64,000 bases of DNA from Candidatus Anderseniibacteriota bacterium (GCA_016197005.1 JACPWO010000001.1:87266-151265), one strand, 5' to 3'. Positions 28,929 through 40,639 are shown, numbered from the stretch's first letter. Translations and numbers: made by a program. Notes: generated by a model not told the origin, from the sequence alone.

Positions 28929-30266
28929 GTCTTCTTCGAGTAATAAGTCTTTTAAGTACAGGGCCGTATTATCTCCAGTTCGTTTCAGATAAAACATTTC
29001 ACGTCCAGCTTCACCGACAGATGCTCGCGCGTCGCCAGTATTAGTACTGTCGAGAGAATACTGGCGCGGTGCATCTCGCGTATCTATTTCCGAAATAATA
29101 ATCTCGTCATCCGCCTGAAATACAATGTGCATACTACCCGCAAACCATTGCGGGTCACGAATGGGACGGGACAGATGCAAGATCGTATGTAGACTGCGAT
29201 AAGGAAGATACGTCGCTCGCTCATCGGCAGCATTAAACACGGCTAGTTCACTTGGCCCTTTTCGTACGAGTAATACCTGTCCGCTGGGAGAAAATCCAAC
29301 GATCTCACCACTATCGGCTACGGGCAGTACTTCCTGTTGAACAAGAACGAATAAATTACCGTTCGTATTTTGCACCGCCACCAGTCCCGTCGGCGCAGCT
29401 ACTATTCGAGTTATTTCACCGAGCTCTGGAAATGCCTGCTCATGCTGTAGGTCTCCAGTTAATGAATACCACTGCAAGGCGCCATTCTCATTCGATACCA
29501 CAATCTGTCGTCTCGTTAAGGCAAAGAGATTCACTCCTTCTGCAATGTTGGTAAACGCCTTGGTAGCGGTGCTATAGGAACGCAGGCTGCCATTCGTAGT
29601 GAGTGCAAGTAGCCTCCCTGGCAACCTCGGATCCCATACAAAAGAACCAGCGGTTGCTAAGGATGGCAGCGCTTCCCGAGTCAGTCCCAGATCAGCAACA
29701 TGTACGAGTTCGCGATTACCAGTGGTGTATTCAACGATGAGAGCAGTGCTATCTGAAGACCATAATAAATGCTGGGACGTACCTTGAAGCGTCAGTGGAT
29801 CAGCTACACTTTCGCCAGTCTGATCTAAAATATGTAGTCGCTGCTGGCTGTCTGTCGCTGCAATCAGTCGACGACTTGGGGACAAAGAAAAAGCAGTTAT
29901 GTCAGCAGCGATGGAGCGTGCTAACGTATTTTCTGGGAAGAGACGAACTGTTCTTAATTCGACAGCACGAGCTGGCTCAATAGGAATATGTTTTTCCCAC
30001 GGAACATATCCGTCTTTCACTATCCGAACAGCCGTCGTTCCTTCGGGTAAATTAGATACAGCCTCGGGGGATGTGCCAACTTGAGTGCCGTCAATTTCAA
30101 TGACTGCATCTTGTGGAATTGTTTCAATAAGAAGAACACCAACTTGCCGTGGTTGACTTTGTAGCTGGAAACGATAGCCAATAGCGTAAAGAATTATCGC
30201 TGGAGCAGCGAGGGCAAAAAATACGCAAGCGCCAATTAAAAGCAGTCTTCGGATAACCCGATTCAT
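28923..30266 (-). CDS. PEGA-domain membrane protein with probable beta-propeller
   Basis: N-terminal TM with YAIGYRF; PEGA-like ETIPQDA...TSP...KDGYVPW; repeated SPS motifs. Confidence 0.7.
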   Translation of the reverse strand: MNRVIRRLLLIGACVFFALAAPAIILYAIGYRFQLQSQPRQVGVLLIETIPQDAVIEIDGTQVGTSPEAVSNLPEGTTAVRIVKDGYVPWEKHIPIEPARAVELRTVRLFPENTLARSIAADITAFSLSPSRRLIAATDSQQRLHILDQTGESVADPLTLQGTSQHLLWSSDSTALIVEYTTGNRELVHVADLGLTREALPSLATAGSFVWDPRLPGRLLALTTNGSLRSYSTATKAFTNIAEGVNLFALTRRQIVVSNENGALQWYSLTGDLQHEQAFPELGEITRIVAAPTGLVAVQNTNGNLFVLVQQEVLPVADSGEIVGFSPSGQVLLVRKGPSELAVFNAADERATYLPYRSLHTILHLSRPIRDPQWFAGSMHIVFQADDEIIISEIDTRDAPRQYSLDSTNTGDARASVGEAGREMFYLKRTGDNTALYLKDLLLEEDK

Positions 30267-30317
30267 ATCCTTATCATAAGCGTGGAACTTGTATCTTGCA
30301 TCTAGTATCTTTAATCC

Positions 30318-31589
30318 ATGTCATCATTTAGTTTAAACGGCCCCGCCAAGCTGTCTGGACAGATACCAGTCCTTGGCTCAAAAAATGCTGCCCTTCCCTT
30401 ACTTGCGGCTACCCTCTTAACGGGGGAGGAGGTTACTTTACATAATATTCCTCCCATTCGCGACACCACTGCCATGCAGGAGATTTTAACGCGCATGGGT
30501 GCTTTAATTTCTACTCCTTCTGAAGACACTCTTACAGTAAAGGCCTCTACTATTTCTGCTGATAACTTACCCGAGGAAACAGTTCGAGCACTGCGTGGAT
30601 CTATATTATTACTAGGTGCACTCCTGGGTCGAACTGGTCGCGCTGCCTTACCTCTGCCCGGCGGCGACATTATTGGTGCACGACCTATTGATGTTCATCT
30701 GGACGCCTTCGAGCAACTTGGGGCAGTAGTAACTCTGAGAGAAGGACTCGTTGAAATTGATGGAGAAAATATGAAGGCCGGGCGAGTGGTACTGGGAGAA
30801 TTATCTGTCACTGCTACAGAAAACACACTGCTGGCAGCCGCTACATTGCCAGGCACAACCACTATTGAGATGGCTGCTGCTGAGCCGCACGTTGCTGCAC
30901 TTGCTCATTTATTGTCAGCGATGGGGGCAACGGTAGAAGGAGCGGGAACGCACCGCATTACAATAACGGGATCTAAAAAATTGTCGGGAGCGGAGTTTTC
31001 TAATATTCCTGACATGCTTGAAGCTGGATTTTTTATACTTTTGGCAGCCGCTTTGGGCAGCGAGCTTACTGTTACTAGTGTTCCAGTAAATGACTTGCTG
31101 TCATTCTTTAAAAAGATTGACTACATTGGCGTGAAATACGAGATGGAGATGCGAGATGATGGTTACGCCGACGTCACAGTTAGTCCTTCGAGTCTCCGTA
31201 GCTTTTCTATCAAAACCTTGCCACATCCAGGCCTGGCCACTGATTTGCAAGCGCCTTTTGGTCTTTTGGCAACGCAAGTTGAAGGTAATAGCCTCATTCA
31301 TGACCCAATGTACGAGGCACGATTTAGATATATCCATGAATTACAAAAGATGGGAGCAAAGGCAGTCATTTGTGACCCTCACCGTGTTATTATTACCGGC
31401 CCCAGCAAATTATCTGGTAAACGTATCCCCAGTTTAGACATTCGGGCAGGAGCCACACTTATGATGGCGGGCCTCTTAGCGACAGGAAATACCATTATTG
31501 AAGAAGCTGAAATTATTGAACGAGGATACGCTCGTCTCCCAGAACGTTTGCGAGCAATTGGAGCAGACATTAACGTCATTGCAAGTTAA
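30318..31589 (+). CDS. murA: UDP-GlcNAc 1-carboxyvinyltransferase
   Basis: GSKNAALP, LPGGDIIGARP, TDLQ and DIRAG motifs. Confidence 0.96.
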   Translation: MSSFSLNGPAKLSGQIPVLGSKNAALPLLAATLLTGEEVTLHNIPPIRDTTAMQEILTRMGALISTPSEDTLTVKASTISADNLPEETVRALRGSILLLGALLGRTGRAALPLPGGDIIGARPIDVHLDAFEQLGAVVTLREGLVEIDGENMKAGRVVLGELSVTATENTLLAAATLPGTTTIEMAAAEPHVAALAHLLSAMGATVEGAGTHRITITGSKKLSGAEFSNIPDMLEAGFFILLAAALGSELTVTSVPVNDLLSFFKKIDYIGVKYEMEMRDDGYADVTVSPSSLRSFSIKTLPHPGLATDLQAPFGLLATQVEGNSLIHDPMYEARFRYIHELQKMGAKAVICDPHRVIITGPSKLSGKRIPSLDIRAGATLMMAGLLATGNTIIEEAEIIERGYARLPERLRAIGADINVIAS

Positions 31590-31613
31590 AAGGTAAACAG
31601 AACACTTACGGAT

Positions 31614-32624
31614 ATGGCACTTACACGAAAAATTGCGATTGATCTTGGTACAACAAACACCCTTATGTACGTCCCGAAAAAAGGGATCGTACTCAATGAG
31701 CCATCAGTAGTTGCTATTTCTTCTGATAATAACGCTGTGCTGGCTATTGGCAGACAGGCACAACAAATGATCGGACGCACTCCAGAAACAATTACCGCTC
31801 ATCGACCACTCAAGGATGGCGTTATTGCTGACTTCCGTATTGCTGAAGCTATGCTTCGCTATCTCATTAAACAAACAGGGGCTTCAGTAAAATTCTTTCG
31901 CCCCGAGGTACTTGTATCTGTACCGGCCAATATTACTAGTACGGAGCGCCGCGCGGTCGTAGACGCAACTCTGTCGGCTGGTGCGAAATCTGTCTATCTC
32001 ATTAAAGAGCCAGTTGCCGCTGCTATTGGTGCCAATATTCCCATTGGTGAAAGTTCAGGCCACATGATCGTAGATATTGGTGGTGGCACAACTGAAGCTG
32101 CGGTTATTTCTTTAGGGGGTGTGGTTTCAGCTCACTCTTCACGTGTAGGCGGAAATGTATTTGATGCCGCTATTATTGAACATATTCGGAAACGATATGG
32201 CCTGGTTATTGGTGAGCCAACCGCTGAGTTTATTAAAAAGGAAATTGGTTCCGCTATCCCTGAGGAAGAGCCAGAAAGTTTAAGTGTTCGCGGACGTGAT
32301 GTCGCAACTGGCCTACCAAAAGAAACTGTTATTTCCTCTCATGAAGTTACTGAAGCGCTACGTGAACCGCTCTCAGAGGTTATGTTAACGATAAAACACG
32401 TCTTACAGGATACACCGCCAGAACTTTCGGCTGATATTATAGACAAAGGTATTGTGTTGACCGGTGGCGGAGCCGCTCTAAAAAATATTGATCAACTCAT
32501 ATCTCACGGTACGGCGGTGCCGGTATATATTGCCGATGACCCACTAGTATGTGTTGTAAAGGGTGCCGGGGCGGCACTGGATAACTTAGAGACATATAAG
32601 CGCAGCATCTTGCTCACAAAGTAA
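31614..32624 (+). CDS. mreB: Rod shape-determining protein, stand-alone MreB/Mbl paralog
   Basis: IDLGTTN, EPSVVA, DIGGGTT and LTGGGA motifs. Confidence 0.93.
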   Translation: MALTRKIAIDLGTTNTLMYVPKKGIVLNEPSVVAISSDNNAVLAIGRQAQQMIGRTPETITAHRPLKDGVIADFRIAEAMLRYLIKQTGASVKFFRPEVLVSVPANITSTERRAVVDATLSAGAKSVYLIKEPVAAAIGANIPIGESSGHMIVDIGGGTTEAAVISLGGVVSAHSSRVGGNVFDAAIIEHIRKRYGLVIGEPTAEFIKKEIGSAIPEEEPESLSVRGRDVATGLPKETVISSHEVTEALREPLSEVMLTIKHVLQDTPPELSADIIDKGIVLTGGGAALKNIDQLISHGTAVPVYIADDPLVCVVKGAGAALDNLETYKRSILLTK

Positions 32625-32644
32625 GGCACGGGTATTGTGAATTG

Positions 32645-33754
32645 ATGTCTTTGGGGGATCTAAAGGTTGCCTTAGTGCACGATGAGCTGGTCCGGCGGGG
32701 GGGAGCGGAGCGAGTTCTCGAGGAACTTATACGAGTATTTCCACGTGCTCATATATATGCCTTATATGCCAGTAATACTCCCTTTATTACCGTCGATGGA
32801 AAAAGATATCGTATCCGTACAACGTTTTTACAAAAGTTTCCTGTATGGTTTCGTCAGCACCCACGTCGACTCGCACTCCTTCTTCTGCATGCTGCCGAGC
32901 GACTTGATCTGTCTAAATACGATTTAGTAATTAGCTCATCAAGTGCCTTTGCCAAAGGTATTGTTACCCGTTCGTACGTCCCACACATTTCGTACTGTCA
33001 CACACCCACGAGATACATATGGGAGCGGCACAGCGGTGGCATATTTGAAAAAGTAGCTCAACATTTTCTAAAAATGGCTGACTTCGCGGCTGGCCAGCGA
33101 CCAGATATTTTTGTGGCAAATTCTAAATACACGCAAGCACGACTCCGCAAATATTACCGACGAGAAAGTACCGTTATATATCCGCCGGTAGCAACGGACT
33201 TTTATTCACCCGCGTATACCTCACAAAAGAAAGAGTATTTCCTGTGCGTAGGACGACTTACTCCTGCCAAACAATTTGACCAAGCAATCGCCATATGTGA
33301 AAAACTTCGGTTGCCGCTGCATATTGCCGGTGTCGGACAAGACTATGCTCGTCTCAAAAACTTAGCTGGTCCAGCTACAACTTTTCTCGGGAAAATTTCT
33401 GATGAGGAACTGCGGCTGCAATACCGAGGGGCGTGGGCACTCTTGCAACCAGGGATTGAGGACTTCGGTATGGCAACCGTAGAATCTTTAGCCTGTGGAA
33501 CGCCGGTTATTACTCCAGCCGCAGGTGGTGCACCGGAGATCATCGAAGACGGCAAACACGGTATTCTGTACCGGGAACCCGTTATGGAGTTGCTGGCAGA
33601 AGCAATTAATAAGTTTCTGCAAAAAAGAGAGTCGTTTAACCCCAGTGTATTGCAAGAGCAGGCGCTCAAGTTTTCCCGCTCATACTTTCGAAGCAGTCTA
33701 CGGAATGTGGTTGAAGAAGTACTACGCAAACAACATACTGGAAGTACACTTTAG
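32645..33754 (+). CDS. Glycosyltransferase family 4
   Basis: GGAERV, YCHTPTRY and EDFGMATVESLACGTPV motifs. Confidence 0.9.
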   Translation: MSLGDLKVALVHDELVRRGGAERVLEELIRVFPRAHIYALYASNTPFITVDGKRYRIRTTFLQKFPVWFRQHPRRLALLLLHAAERLDLSKYDLVISSSSAFAKGIVTRSYVPHISYCHTPTRYIWERHSGGIFEKVAQHFLKMADFAAGQRPDIFVANSKYTQARLRKYYRRESTVIYPPVATDFYSPAYTSQKKEYFLCVGRLTPAKQFDQAIAICEKLRLPLHIAGVGQDYARLKNLAGPATTFLGKISDEELRLQYRGAWALLQPGIEDFGMATVESLACGTPVITPAAGGAPEIIEDGKHGILYREPVMELLAEAINKFLQKRESFNPSVLQEQALKFSRSYFRSSLRNVVEEVLRKQHTGSTL

Positions 33755-33772
33755 TTCTTAAAATACATTCTT

Positions 33773-34093
33773 ATGAAATACTCACTACGAACGCATAATC
33801 TCGAAGTAAGTGACCTGGATCGGCAGCAGATGGATGAAAAGTTAGATCGCCTAGAGAAGCATATCCAAATACCGTTTGTAGCCGACGTCTCACTTGAACG
33901 GCACACTCTTCGCAGCGCAGGAGAAACCGTTACTTGTATTATTCGAGTAGAGCAAGGAAAACAACTCTTTCGATCGGAACGCAGCGATTCTTCCCTTCAA
34001 ACTGCTCTTGATGAGGCAATTGATGCTATACAGAAAGAACTGAAGAAAGCACACGACAAAAATAAACGGCACGGCGGGGGAGTGCAGCGATAA
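33773..34093 (+). CDS. Ribosome hibernation factor HPF/RaiA, short form
   Basis: S30AE-like pattern (KLDRLEKH...ALDEAIDAIQKEL), located upstream of secA. Confidence 0.75.
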   Translation: MKYSLRTHNLEVSDLDRQQMDEKLDRLEKHIQIPFVADVSLERHTLRSAGETVTCIIRVEQGKQLFRSERSDSSLQTALDEAIDAIQKELKKAHDKNKRHGGGVQR

Positions 34094-34190
34094 AGGAGGG
34101 ATACATCCTAAGATTCGGTTTAACAACCTGAAAAAGGCTTTTTGCATATATACTTGCCCGTACCAGCCTAATCCCTGATACTTCCGACAT

Positions 34191-36827
34191 ATGTCATTTC
34201 TGAGTAAATTAGGTTTTTCTGGCACATCTCGCCATGAAAAGCAAGCGGAGAAATATCGGCCCCGGGTAGCAGAAATTACGGCTCTCGACACCAAAATGGC
34301 TGAGTTGTCCGACGATGCCTTAAAGCAGGTAGTAATGCAGCATAAAGGCAAAAACCGTGAGGAATTAGATATCGTTGTACCGGAAATCTTTGCCGCTGTT
34401 CGTGAGGCATCCAAGCGCACGATCAAAATGCGTCACTTTGATGTGCAGCTCTTAGGCGGCTTAGCTCTCCTCAATAACACCATCTCTGAAATGAAGACAG
34501 GTGAAGGTAAGACGTTAGTTGCTACCCTTCCTATTATTGTGAACGCTCTTACTGGAAAGGGTGCGCATTTAGTTACGGTTAACGACTACCTAGCTCAGCG
34601 CGATGCCGACTGGATGCGACCGGTATATGAATTCTTTGGTTTAACGGTTGGCACGATTCGGGCTGGGCAGTCTTCGGACGAAAAGCGAGCAGCCTACGCC
34701 GCCGACATAACGTATGGCACCAACAATGAATTTGGGTTTGATTACCTCCGTGACAATATGGCCCAGAGCATGGAACAGCTAGTACAACGTGGTCTTCATT
34801 TTGCCCTAGTTGATGAAGTCGACAGCATTTTAATTGATGAAGCGAGAACTCCGCTTATTATTTCCGCTCCCGACACTGAATCTACTGATCTCTACCAACA
34901 ATTTTCCAAGCTCGTGCCGCGTCTCATTGAGAACACGCATTACAATATTGATGAAAAACGACGAGCGGCCACATTAACTGACGAAGGTATTTCTAAAGTA
35001 GAAGAGCTCCTCAGTATCGATAACATCTACGCCGATAAAGGTGTTCGCTTCGTTCATCATTTAGAGCAAGCCCTCCGAGCCCATACGCTATATCACCGAG
35101 ATAAAGATTATGTCGTTCAGGAAGGACAAGTTATTATCGTAGATGAATTCACCGGTCGCCTGATGCCGGGACGACGTTATTCCGAAGGATTGCATCAGGC
35201 GCTAGAAGCGAAAGAAGGAGTCAAAGTACAACAAGAAAGCCGCACCCTTGCCTCTATTACCTTTCAGAACTATTTTCGTCTGTATAAGCACCTAGCTGGA
35301 ATGACTGGAACGGCGGAAACGTCGGCGGAAGAATTTGAGAAGGTATATAACCTTGATGTTGCCATCATCCCGACTAATCAGAACATGGTACGTCAGGATA
35401 AAGCAGATAAGATTTTCATAAGCGAATCAGCGAAATATAAGGCTGTTGTTAAAGAGATAAAAGAGCGCCACCAGAAGCGTCAACCCGTACTGGTCGGTAC
35501 AATCGCCATTGAAAAATCTGAATATCTCTCCGCTCTGCTTCAGAAAGAAGGAGTAAAGCACGAAGTACTCAACGCCAAACAACACGCGCGGGAAGCTGAG
35601 ATTGTGGCCCAAGCTGGTCAGGCTGGTGCCGTCACTATTTCTACTAATATGGCTGGCCGTGGTACTGACATTAAATTGGGTAAGGAAGTTCCTGCTCTAG
35701 GCGGTTTACTTGTACTAGGAACAGAGCGACATGAAGCTCGTCGTATCGATAACCAGCTCCGTGGACGTAGTGGTCGTCAGGGTGACCCAGGGGAATCTCA
35801 ATTTTATGTCAGTATGGATGACGATGTTATGCGTATTTTCGGCGGTCAGCGTATTAAGTCCTTAATGGGTCGCCTGAAAGTACCGGAAGATGAACCAATC
35901 GAAAACAAAATGGTAAGTCGAGCTATTGAAAGTGCCCAGGAGCGGGTAGAAGGACACTACTTTGATATGCGTAAGCAGGTCTTGTCATACGACGACGTAA
36001 TGAACCGACAACGTAATGCCATCTATACTCTTCGTCGTGGTCTCTTAGAACACGGAACGTGGCGAGAACCAACCATAGAAGAAATGTCGACCCATGACCG
36101 TCTCGAGAGTCTACTGACCGAACAAGCAGAGCAACTCGTTACTACCCATACCAGTGAAGGAACACCGGAGGAATGGAATATAAAGGAAATCGCTGAAGTA
36201 GTACAAAGCCTGGTTGGAAAATCTGGAGCAGATATTAAGCAGAAGCTCGAAACAACGCGAACTGCCGGACAGGAGCAAAGTGTCGAGGAAATTCAAGAGT
36301 CGCTTAAGAAAGTAGCCATAGATGAGCTCAAAGAGCGGCTACAGCAAAAACAGACTGAGATGGGTGAAGAAACAATGAAAAAATTGGAGGTAGCCGCGGC
36401 GCTTCGCTCGATTGATACGCTGTGGATGGAACACATCGATACCATGGATTATCTGCGCACCGGTATTGGACTACGTGGGTACGGTCAACGTGACCCTCTA
36501 GTCGAATACCAAAAAGAAGGTCACCGCTTATTTAAACAGTTACTCGATACGATTAAGAGTTCGTTTGTAGAAACCGTCTTTCACGCTGAATTTATCCGTC
36601 AAAGTGCTATTCCTAAAGGACAGGCTATTCATGCATCGACTTCAATGGAAGACGCTTCTCCCACTGATAGTGCAGCTAGCCCACAACGACCAGCCACCGC
36701 TGCTCCGGGCAGTAATACCCTTACCAACCCCAACAAAAACGTTGGAAGAAATGATCCGTGTCCTTGCGGCTCTGGCAAGAAATATAAAAAGTGTGGGCTT
36801 ATAAACGCCCCTGAACATCGGGCTTAA
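34191..36827 (+). CDS. secA: Preprotein translocase subunit SecA
   Basis: [38 protein letters not shown] and [15 protein letters not shown] motifs. Confidence 0.98.
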   Translation: MSFLSKLGFSGTSRHEKQAEKYRPRVAEITALDTKMAELSDDALKQVVMQHKGKNREELDIVVPEIFAAVREASKRTIKMRHFDVQLLGGLALLNNTISEMKTGEGKTLVATLPIIVNALTGKGAHLVTVNDYLAQRDADWMRPVYEFFGLTVGTIRAGQSSDEKRAAYAADITYGTNNEFGFDYLRDNMAQSMEQLVQRGLHFALVDEVDSILIDEARTPLIISAPDTESTDLYQQFSKLVPRLIENTHYNIDEKRRAATLTDEGISKVEELLSIDNIYADKGVRFVHHLEQALRAHTLYHRDKDYVVQEGQVIIVDEFTGRLMPGRRYSEGLHQALEAKEGVKVQQESRTLASITFQNYFRLYKHLAGMTGTAETSAEEFEKVYNLDVAIIPTNQNMVRQDKADKIFISESAKYKAVVKEIKERHQKRQPVLVGTIAIEKSEYLSALLQKEGVKHEVLNAKQHAREAEIVAQAGQAGAVTISTNMAGRGTDIKLGKEVPALGGLLVLGTERHEARRIDNQLRGRSGRQGDPGESQFYVSMDDDVMRIFGGQRIKSLMGRLKVPEDEPIENKMVSRAIESAQERVEGHYFDMRKQVLSYDDVMNRQRNAIYTLRRGLLEHGTWREPTIEEMSTHDRLESLLTEQAEQLVTTHTSEGTPEEWNIKEIAEVVQSLVGKSGADIKQKLETTRTAGQEQSVEEIQESLKKVAIDELKERLQQKQTEMGEETMKKLEVAAALRSIDTLWMEHIDTMDYLRTGIGLRGYGQRDPLVEYQKEGHRLFKQLLDTIKSSFVETVFHAEFIRQSAIPKGQAIHASTSMEDASPTDSAASPQRPATAAPGSNTLTNPNKNVGRNDPCPCGSGKKYKKCGLINAPEHRA

Positions 36828-36831
36828 TCCT

Positions 36832-37755
36832 GTGGTTCTCGGATTTAAAACCGGCCCGAAAAATTTCGCCGAGGGACAACAGGCTATCACTAAACATGGT
36901 GCGAAGATGTGTGAGATTTGGTTCAATGTTACGGAGCAGAAACCATACAACGAGATATTTACCTGGCTGCAAGATCGAGACGTCCGTATTGGATTACATC
37001 ATTGGGGATTAGTAGAAGGTCGCTACAAAACGAATCTAATGACAGCTGATGAGGCTATTCGGACAGAAACTATCCGGCAGATAAAGCAAACGATTGATAT
37101 TGCCGCAGATATTCAAGCGGTATACGTAAACATTCACCCGGGAGCTCAGGCAATAGAACGGCTTAATTTCGAAGCAAACACCCAAGGACCGGAAAATAAA
37201 GCGTCTACCTCAGCTGAACTAGCAGAAACGTTACTTCTGGAGGGTGCGCGTGAGCTACAGTTCTACGCAAAAGAAAAATCTATCCTTCTCACCATTGAAA
37301 CTCTCCCCGGAAAAGAAAATACCGAATACATGGCCGGGCGAAGCCGGATATATGACCCAGGAAATGCGTCCCTACCGATGATGGAAAAACTAACCGTTCA
37401 AGGAAATTTCATCGCAAATGACCTGACACATACCACCGGGCAAATTTCGAAAGAGACTGACAACACGCAAGAGATATGGAAGCGGTTATTCTCATTTACC
37501 CAGAAGATTGCACCAGCCACTCGTCTTATTCACATCAATACAGTAGAGCCACCATATAACGGAACTGACTCACATGGCGGTATTACTGACAATGATTTTA
37601 CGACCGAGCGATTTCCCAGTAAAGAACAGCTACAACAAATCCTCAGCCTTTTCTCACATCGAGATGATGTGTACATTGTTCCGGAACCACGTGAAAATAC
37701 CCAAGACAACTTTTTAGCTCTAAAGGTGCTAGCCAGCGAGGATAACCCAGAGTAG
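36832..37755 (+). CDS. TIM-barrel metalloenzyme (AP endonuclease 2 / xylose isomerase-like)
   Basis: H, HPG, E, DLTH, HIN, DSH and PEP metal-ligand pattern. Confidence 0.65.
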   Translation: MVLGFKTGPKNFAEGQQAITKHGAKMCEIWFNVTEQKPYNEIFTWLQDRDVRIGLHHWGLVEGRYKTNLMTADEAIRTETIRQIKQTIDIAADIQAVYVNIHPGAQAIERLNFEANTQGPENKASTSAELAETLLLEGARELQFYAKEKSILLTIETLPGKENTEYMAGRSRIYDPGNASLPMMEKLTVQGNFIANDLTHTTGQISKETDNTQEIWKRLFSFTQKIAPATRLIHINTVEPPYNGTDSHGGITDNDFTTERFPSKEQLQQILSLFSHRDDVYIVPEPRENTQDNFLALKVLASEDNPE

Positions 37756-37766
37756 AATTTTTGTAG

Positions 37767-39107
37767 ATGAAATTCAGCAATCGAAAACAGACAATAAGTA
37801 CTGTATTACTCGTGCTGGCGGTGGGCCTATCGGCGTGGGTGGCTAGTCCATGGCATCCGTCCATTTCTTTAGGCGCATTTCAGCGAGATTTAAACTTAAA
37901 ACTAGGACTTGATCTCCAAGGGGGATCCCATTTGGTATACCGAGCTACTATAGATGAAGAGCAGATTGAAAACCCCGATGAAGCTTTAGGTGGTGTTCGT
38001 GACGTCATTGAACGTCGCGTTAATGTTTTTGGTGTCTCGGAGCCAGTTATTCAAACGAATAAGGTGGGAAATGAATACCGGGTAATTGTGGAGCTGGCTG
38101 GCGTATTTGACGTCGAAGAATCCATTCGTCTTATTGGCGAGACTCCACAATTGGATTTCCGTCGAGAAGTAGAAAGTGAAGGAGAAGTACCAATCAATAC
38201 AGATGCAGCTGATCCTGCAATCTTAGGACCCTTATTTGAACGGACTGAGCTTTCCGGTCGTCACCTAAGCCGAGCGACGGTAGATTTTGATCAACTCTCT
38301 GGACAGCCCCAGGTAAACTTGGAATTTGATGGTGAAGGCGCTGACCTGTTTGCTCAGTTAACTCGAGAAAGTATTGGAAAAAGAATTGCGATCTACTTAG
38401 ATGATGTTCCCATTAGCGCTCCGGTTGTTAATTCGGAGATAACCGCTGGTCGCGCAGTTATTACGGGCGGTTTTACACTCCCAGAAGCACGTCAACTCGC
38501 TCAGCGTCTCAACGCCGGTGCCCTGCCCGTACCCATTGAACTCATCGGTCAACAAACCGTGGGACCTTCTTTGGGGAAACTATCACTCCAACAAAGCTTG
38601 CTAGCCGGTGTTATTGGACTTACCGCTGTCGTCATTTGGATGACATTGTACTATCGCTTACCAGGTCTGATTGCATCACTTTCTCTAATTATGTACACCG
38701 TTTTGTTTTTAGCAATTATTAAACTCTTTCCCGTCACCCTGACGCTCGCTGGCATTGCTGGTCTCATTATGTCGATTGGTATGGCGCTTGATGCTAACGT
38801 CCTCATTTTTGAGCGCTTTCGAGAAAATCTTCGAGCCGGTCGATCAATTGCGTATTCCCTAAATGAAGGATTTAAAGAGGCGTGGAGTTCAATTTGGGCT
38901 TCCAATATTTCAAGTCTTATTTCTGCGTTTGTCCTATATGGATTTGGTACCTCCATCGTCCGCGGGTTTGCTCTTACCTTTGCCATCGGTATTATATTGT
39001 CGATGTTTACCGCTATTGTTGTCACTCGTGGAATTCTGACTACTGTTCTTACTTGGCAATTCACGCATCGGTCATGGCTCCTTGGTGCTAAAGCAAAAAC
39101 AGTATGA
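37767..39107 (+). CDS. secD: Protein translocase subunit SecD
   Basis: LGLDLQGG, GVSEP, GALP and DANVLIFER motifs. Confidence 0.96.
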   Translation: MKFSNRKQTISTVLLVLAVGLSAWVASPWHPSISLGAFQRDLNLKLGLDLQGGSHLVYRATIDEEQIENPDEALGGVRDVIERRVNVFGVSEPVIQTNKVGNEYRVIVELAGVFDVEESIRLIGETPQLDFRREVESEGEVPINTDAADPAILGPLFERTELSGRHLSRATVDFDQLSGQPQVNLEFDGEGADLFAQLTRESIGKRIAIYLDDVPISAPVVNSEITAGRAVITGGFTLPEARQLAQRLNAGALPVPIELIGQQTVGPSLGKLSLQQSLLAGVIGLTAVVIWMTLYYRLPGLIASLSLIMYTVLFLAIIKLFPVTLTLAGIAGLIMSIGMALDANVLIFERFRENLRAGRSIAYSLNEGFKEAWSSIWASNISSLISAFVLYGFGTSIVRGFALTFAIGIILSMFTAIVVTRGILTTVLTWQFTHRSWLLGAKAKTV

Positions 39108-39997
39108 ACAAATATAACCTTATTGCCGCACCAAAAATCTGGCTCATTGTTCCAACCATAACAATCGTGGTGAGTCTTATTATTATCGCGGTCCTACGGC
39201 CCGTGTGGGGAATAGACTTTGTTGGCGGATCACTTATCGAAATAGAAGCACCAACAGAAAAGGCGATAGAAGCGCAAGCTGTTTTAGAACAAGAATTTGG
39301 ACTACCTGCGACTTCACAGCCAACCCAAGACGGAACCATTATTCTTCGTACTAATACGATTGATAACGAAAAGAAGAATGCAATTGTTGAACGCCTAAAG
39401 GAGGTTGGCATCATGACGGGAGAAGAGCGCCGCTATGAGACAATTGGTCCAACCATTGGACAAGAACTGCGACGAAAGACAGCGGTGGCGGTAGGCGTAG
39501 TTGTGGTTGCCATGATCGCATATTTGGCATATGAGTTTCGCCGCACCAAAGGACTCATTACTCCCTGGCAATTCGGCGTAGCTGCCACCTGGGCGCTTAT
39601 CCACGACTTAGTACTGATCACAGCGTTATTCGTCATATTCGGACATCTTTGGGGAGCACCGATTGATACCCTCTTCGTTACTGCCCAGCTGGCTATTATG
39701 GGGTACTCGGTAAACGACACAATCGTGGTATTTGAACGCTTGTCGCGCGAACGCACCCTTAACAAAAAAGACTCTCTTCTTTCCATTATTAATAGATCTA
39801 TTGGTCTTACGCTGACTCGTTCACTTAACACTGGCTTTACAGCTGTCTTAACTCTCGTCGCTCTCCTGATTTTCGGCGGATCAACTATTCGTTGGTTTGT
39901 CGTCGCTCTGCTGGCAGGAATCCTTACTGGAACATACTCTTCTATTTTTGTAGCCGCTCCAGCATTGTTATGGCTCACAAAGAAACGATCGAAGTAA
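39104..39997 (+). CDS. secF: Protein translocase subunit SecF
   Basis: GIDFVGG, HD, GYSVNDTIVVFER and GTYSSIFVA motifs. Confidence 0.96.
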   Translation: MNKYNLIAAPKIWLIVPTITIVVSLIIIAVLRPVWGIDFVGGSLIEIEAPTEKAIEAQAVLEQEFGLPATSQPTQDGTIILRTNTIDNEKKNAIVERLKEVGIMTGEERRYETIGPTIGQELRRKTAVAVGVVVVAMIAYLAYEFRRTKGLITPWQFGVAATWALIHDLVLITALFVIFGHLWGAPIDTLFVTAQLAIMGYSVNDTIVVFERLSRERTLNKKDSLLSIINRSIGLTLTRSLNTGFTAVLTLVALLIFGGSTIRWFVVALLAGILTGTYSSIFVAAPALLWLTKKRSK

Positions 39998-40629
39998 GGC
40001 TAGCAGCGTGGGTAGAAGAAGAACAAGCTCAACCACTGCTTTTAACGGGAGCAGGAGCTAACGTAGTGGCTACTTCTTTTACAAAAAAGCTTGATGGTAA
40101 AACAACGGAAATACTGGAGCTTTCTAGTGACAGTTCCTCTCTTAAGGTAAAAGAAGTACGTGAGTTGCTGCTGCGTCTTCATCACACCGCCCTCACCAAA
40201 CGACGGATAATTATAATCCCTGGAGCTGAACGACTCCTGCCCGCATCCGCGAATGCCCTCTTAAAAGAACTCGAGGAAACAGGAAAACAAAATCGATTCC
40301 TTTTAGTAACGGCTTATCCTGGAAGACTGCTCGCAACTATTCGTTCCCGGTGCCAAACCGTGCGGGTAGCTGCAGAGAAAGAAGTAGCAATAGGTATAGG
40401 ACAGCTGCCATCCTTCGACCCGAAACGGAAAATCCCTCTTACAACTGAGGAGATATCGGCGATAGCCGGTGCACTGCAGCAAAAATTAGCAAAACAAGGC
40501 CCAACACCAGAGCTGCGCCGGAGTTTCTTGCGCTTACGAGACTATTACAAAATCCAAGCCCTTCGCGGGAACACTCGTCTGGCGGCTGACGTTTTACTTG
40601 CATCCCTGCCCAACCTTCAGGATACTTAG
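39970..40629 (+). CDS. holB: DNA polymerase III delta-prime-like clamp loader subunit, short form
   Basis: ASANALLKELEE and LLATIRSRC motifs. Confidence 0.7.
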   Translation: MAHKETIEVRLAAWVEEEQAQPLLLTGAGANVVATSFTKKLDGKTTEILELSSDSSSLKVKEVRELLLRLHHTALTKRRIIIIPGAERLLPASANALLKELEETGKQNRFLLVTAYPGRLLATIRSRCQTVRVAAEKEVAIGIGQLPSFDPKRKIPLTTEEISAIAGALQQKLAKQGPTPELRRSFLRLRDYYKIQALRGNTRLAADVLLASLPNLQDT

Positions 40630-40639
40630 AGTATTACTT

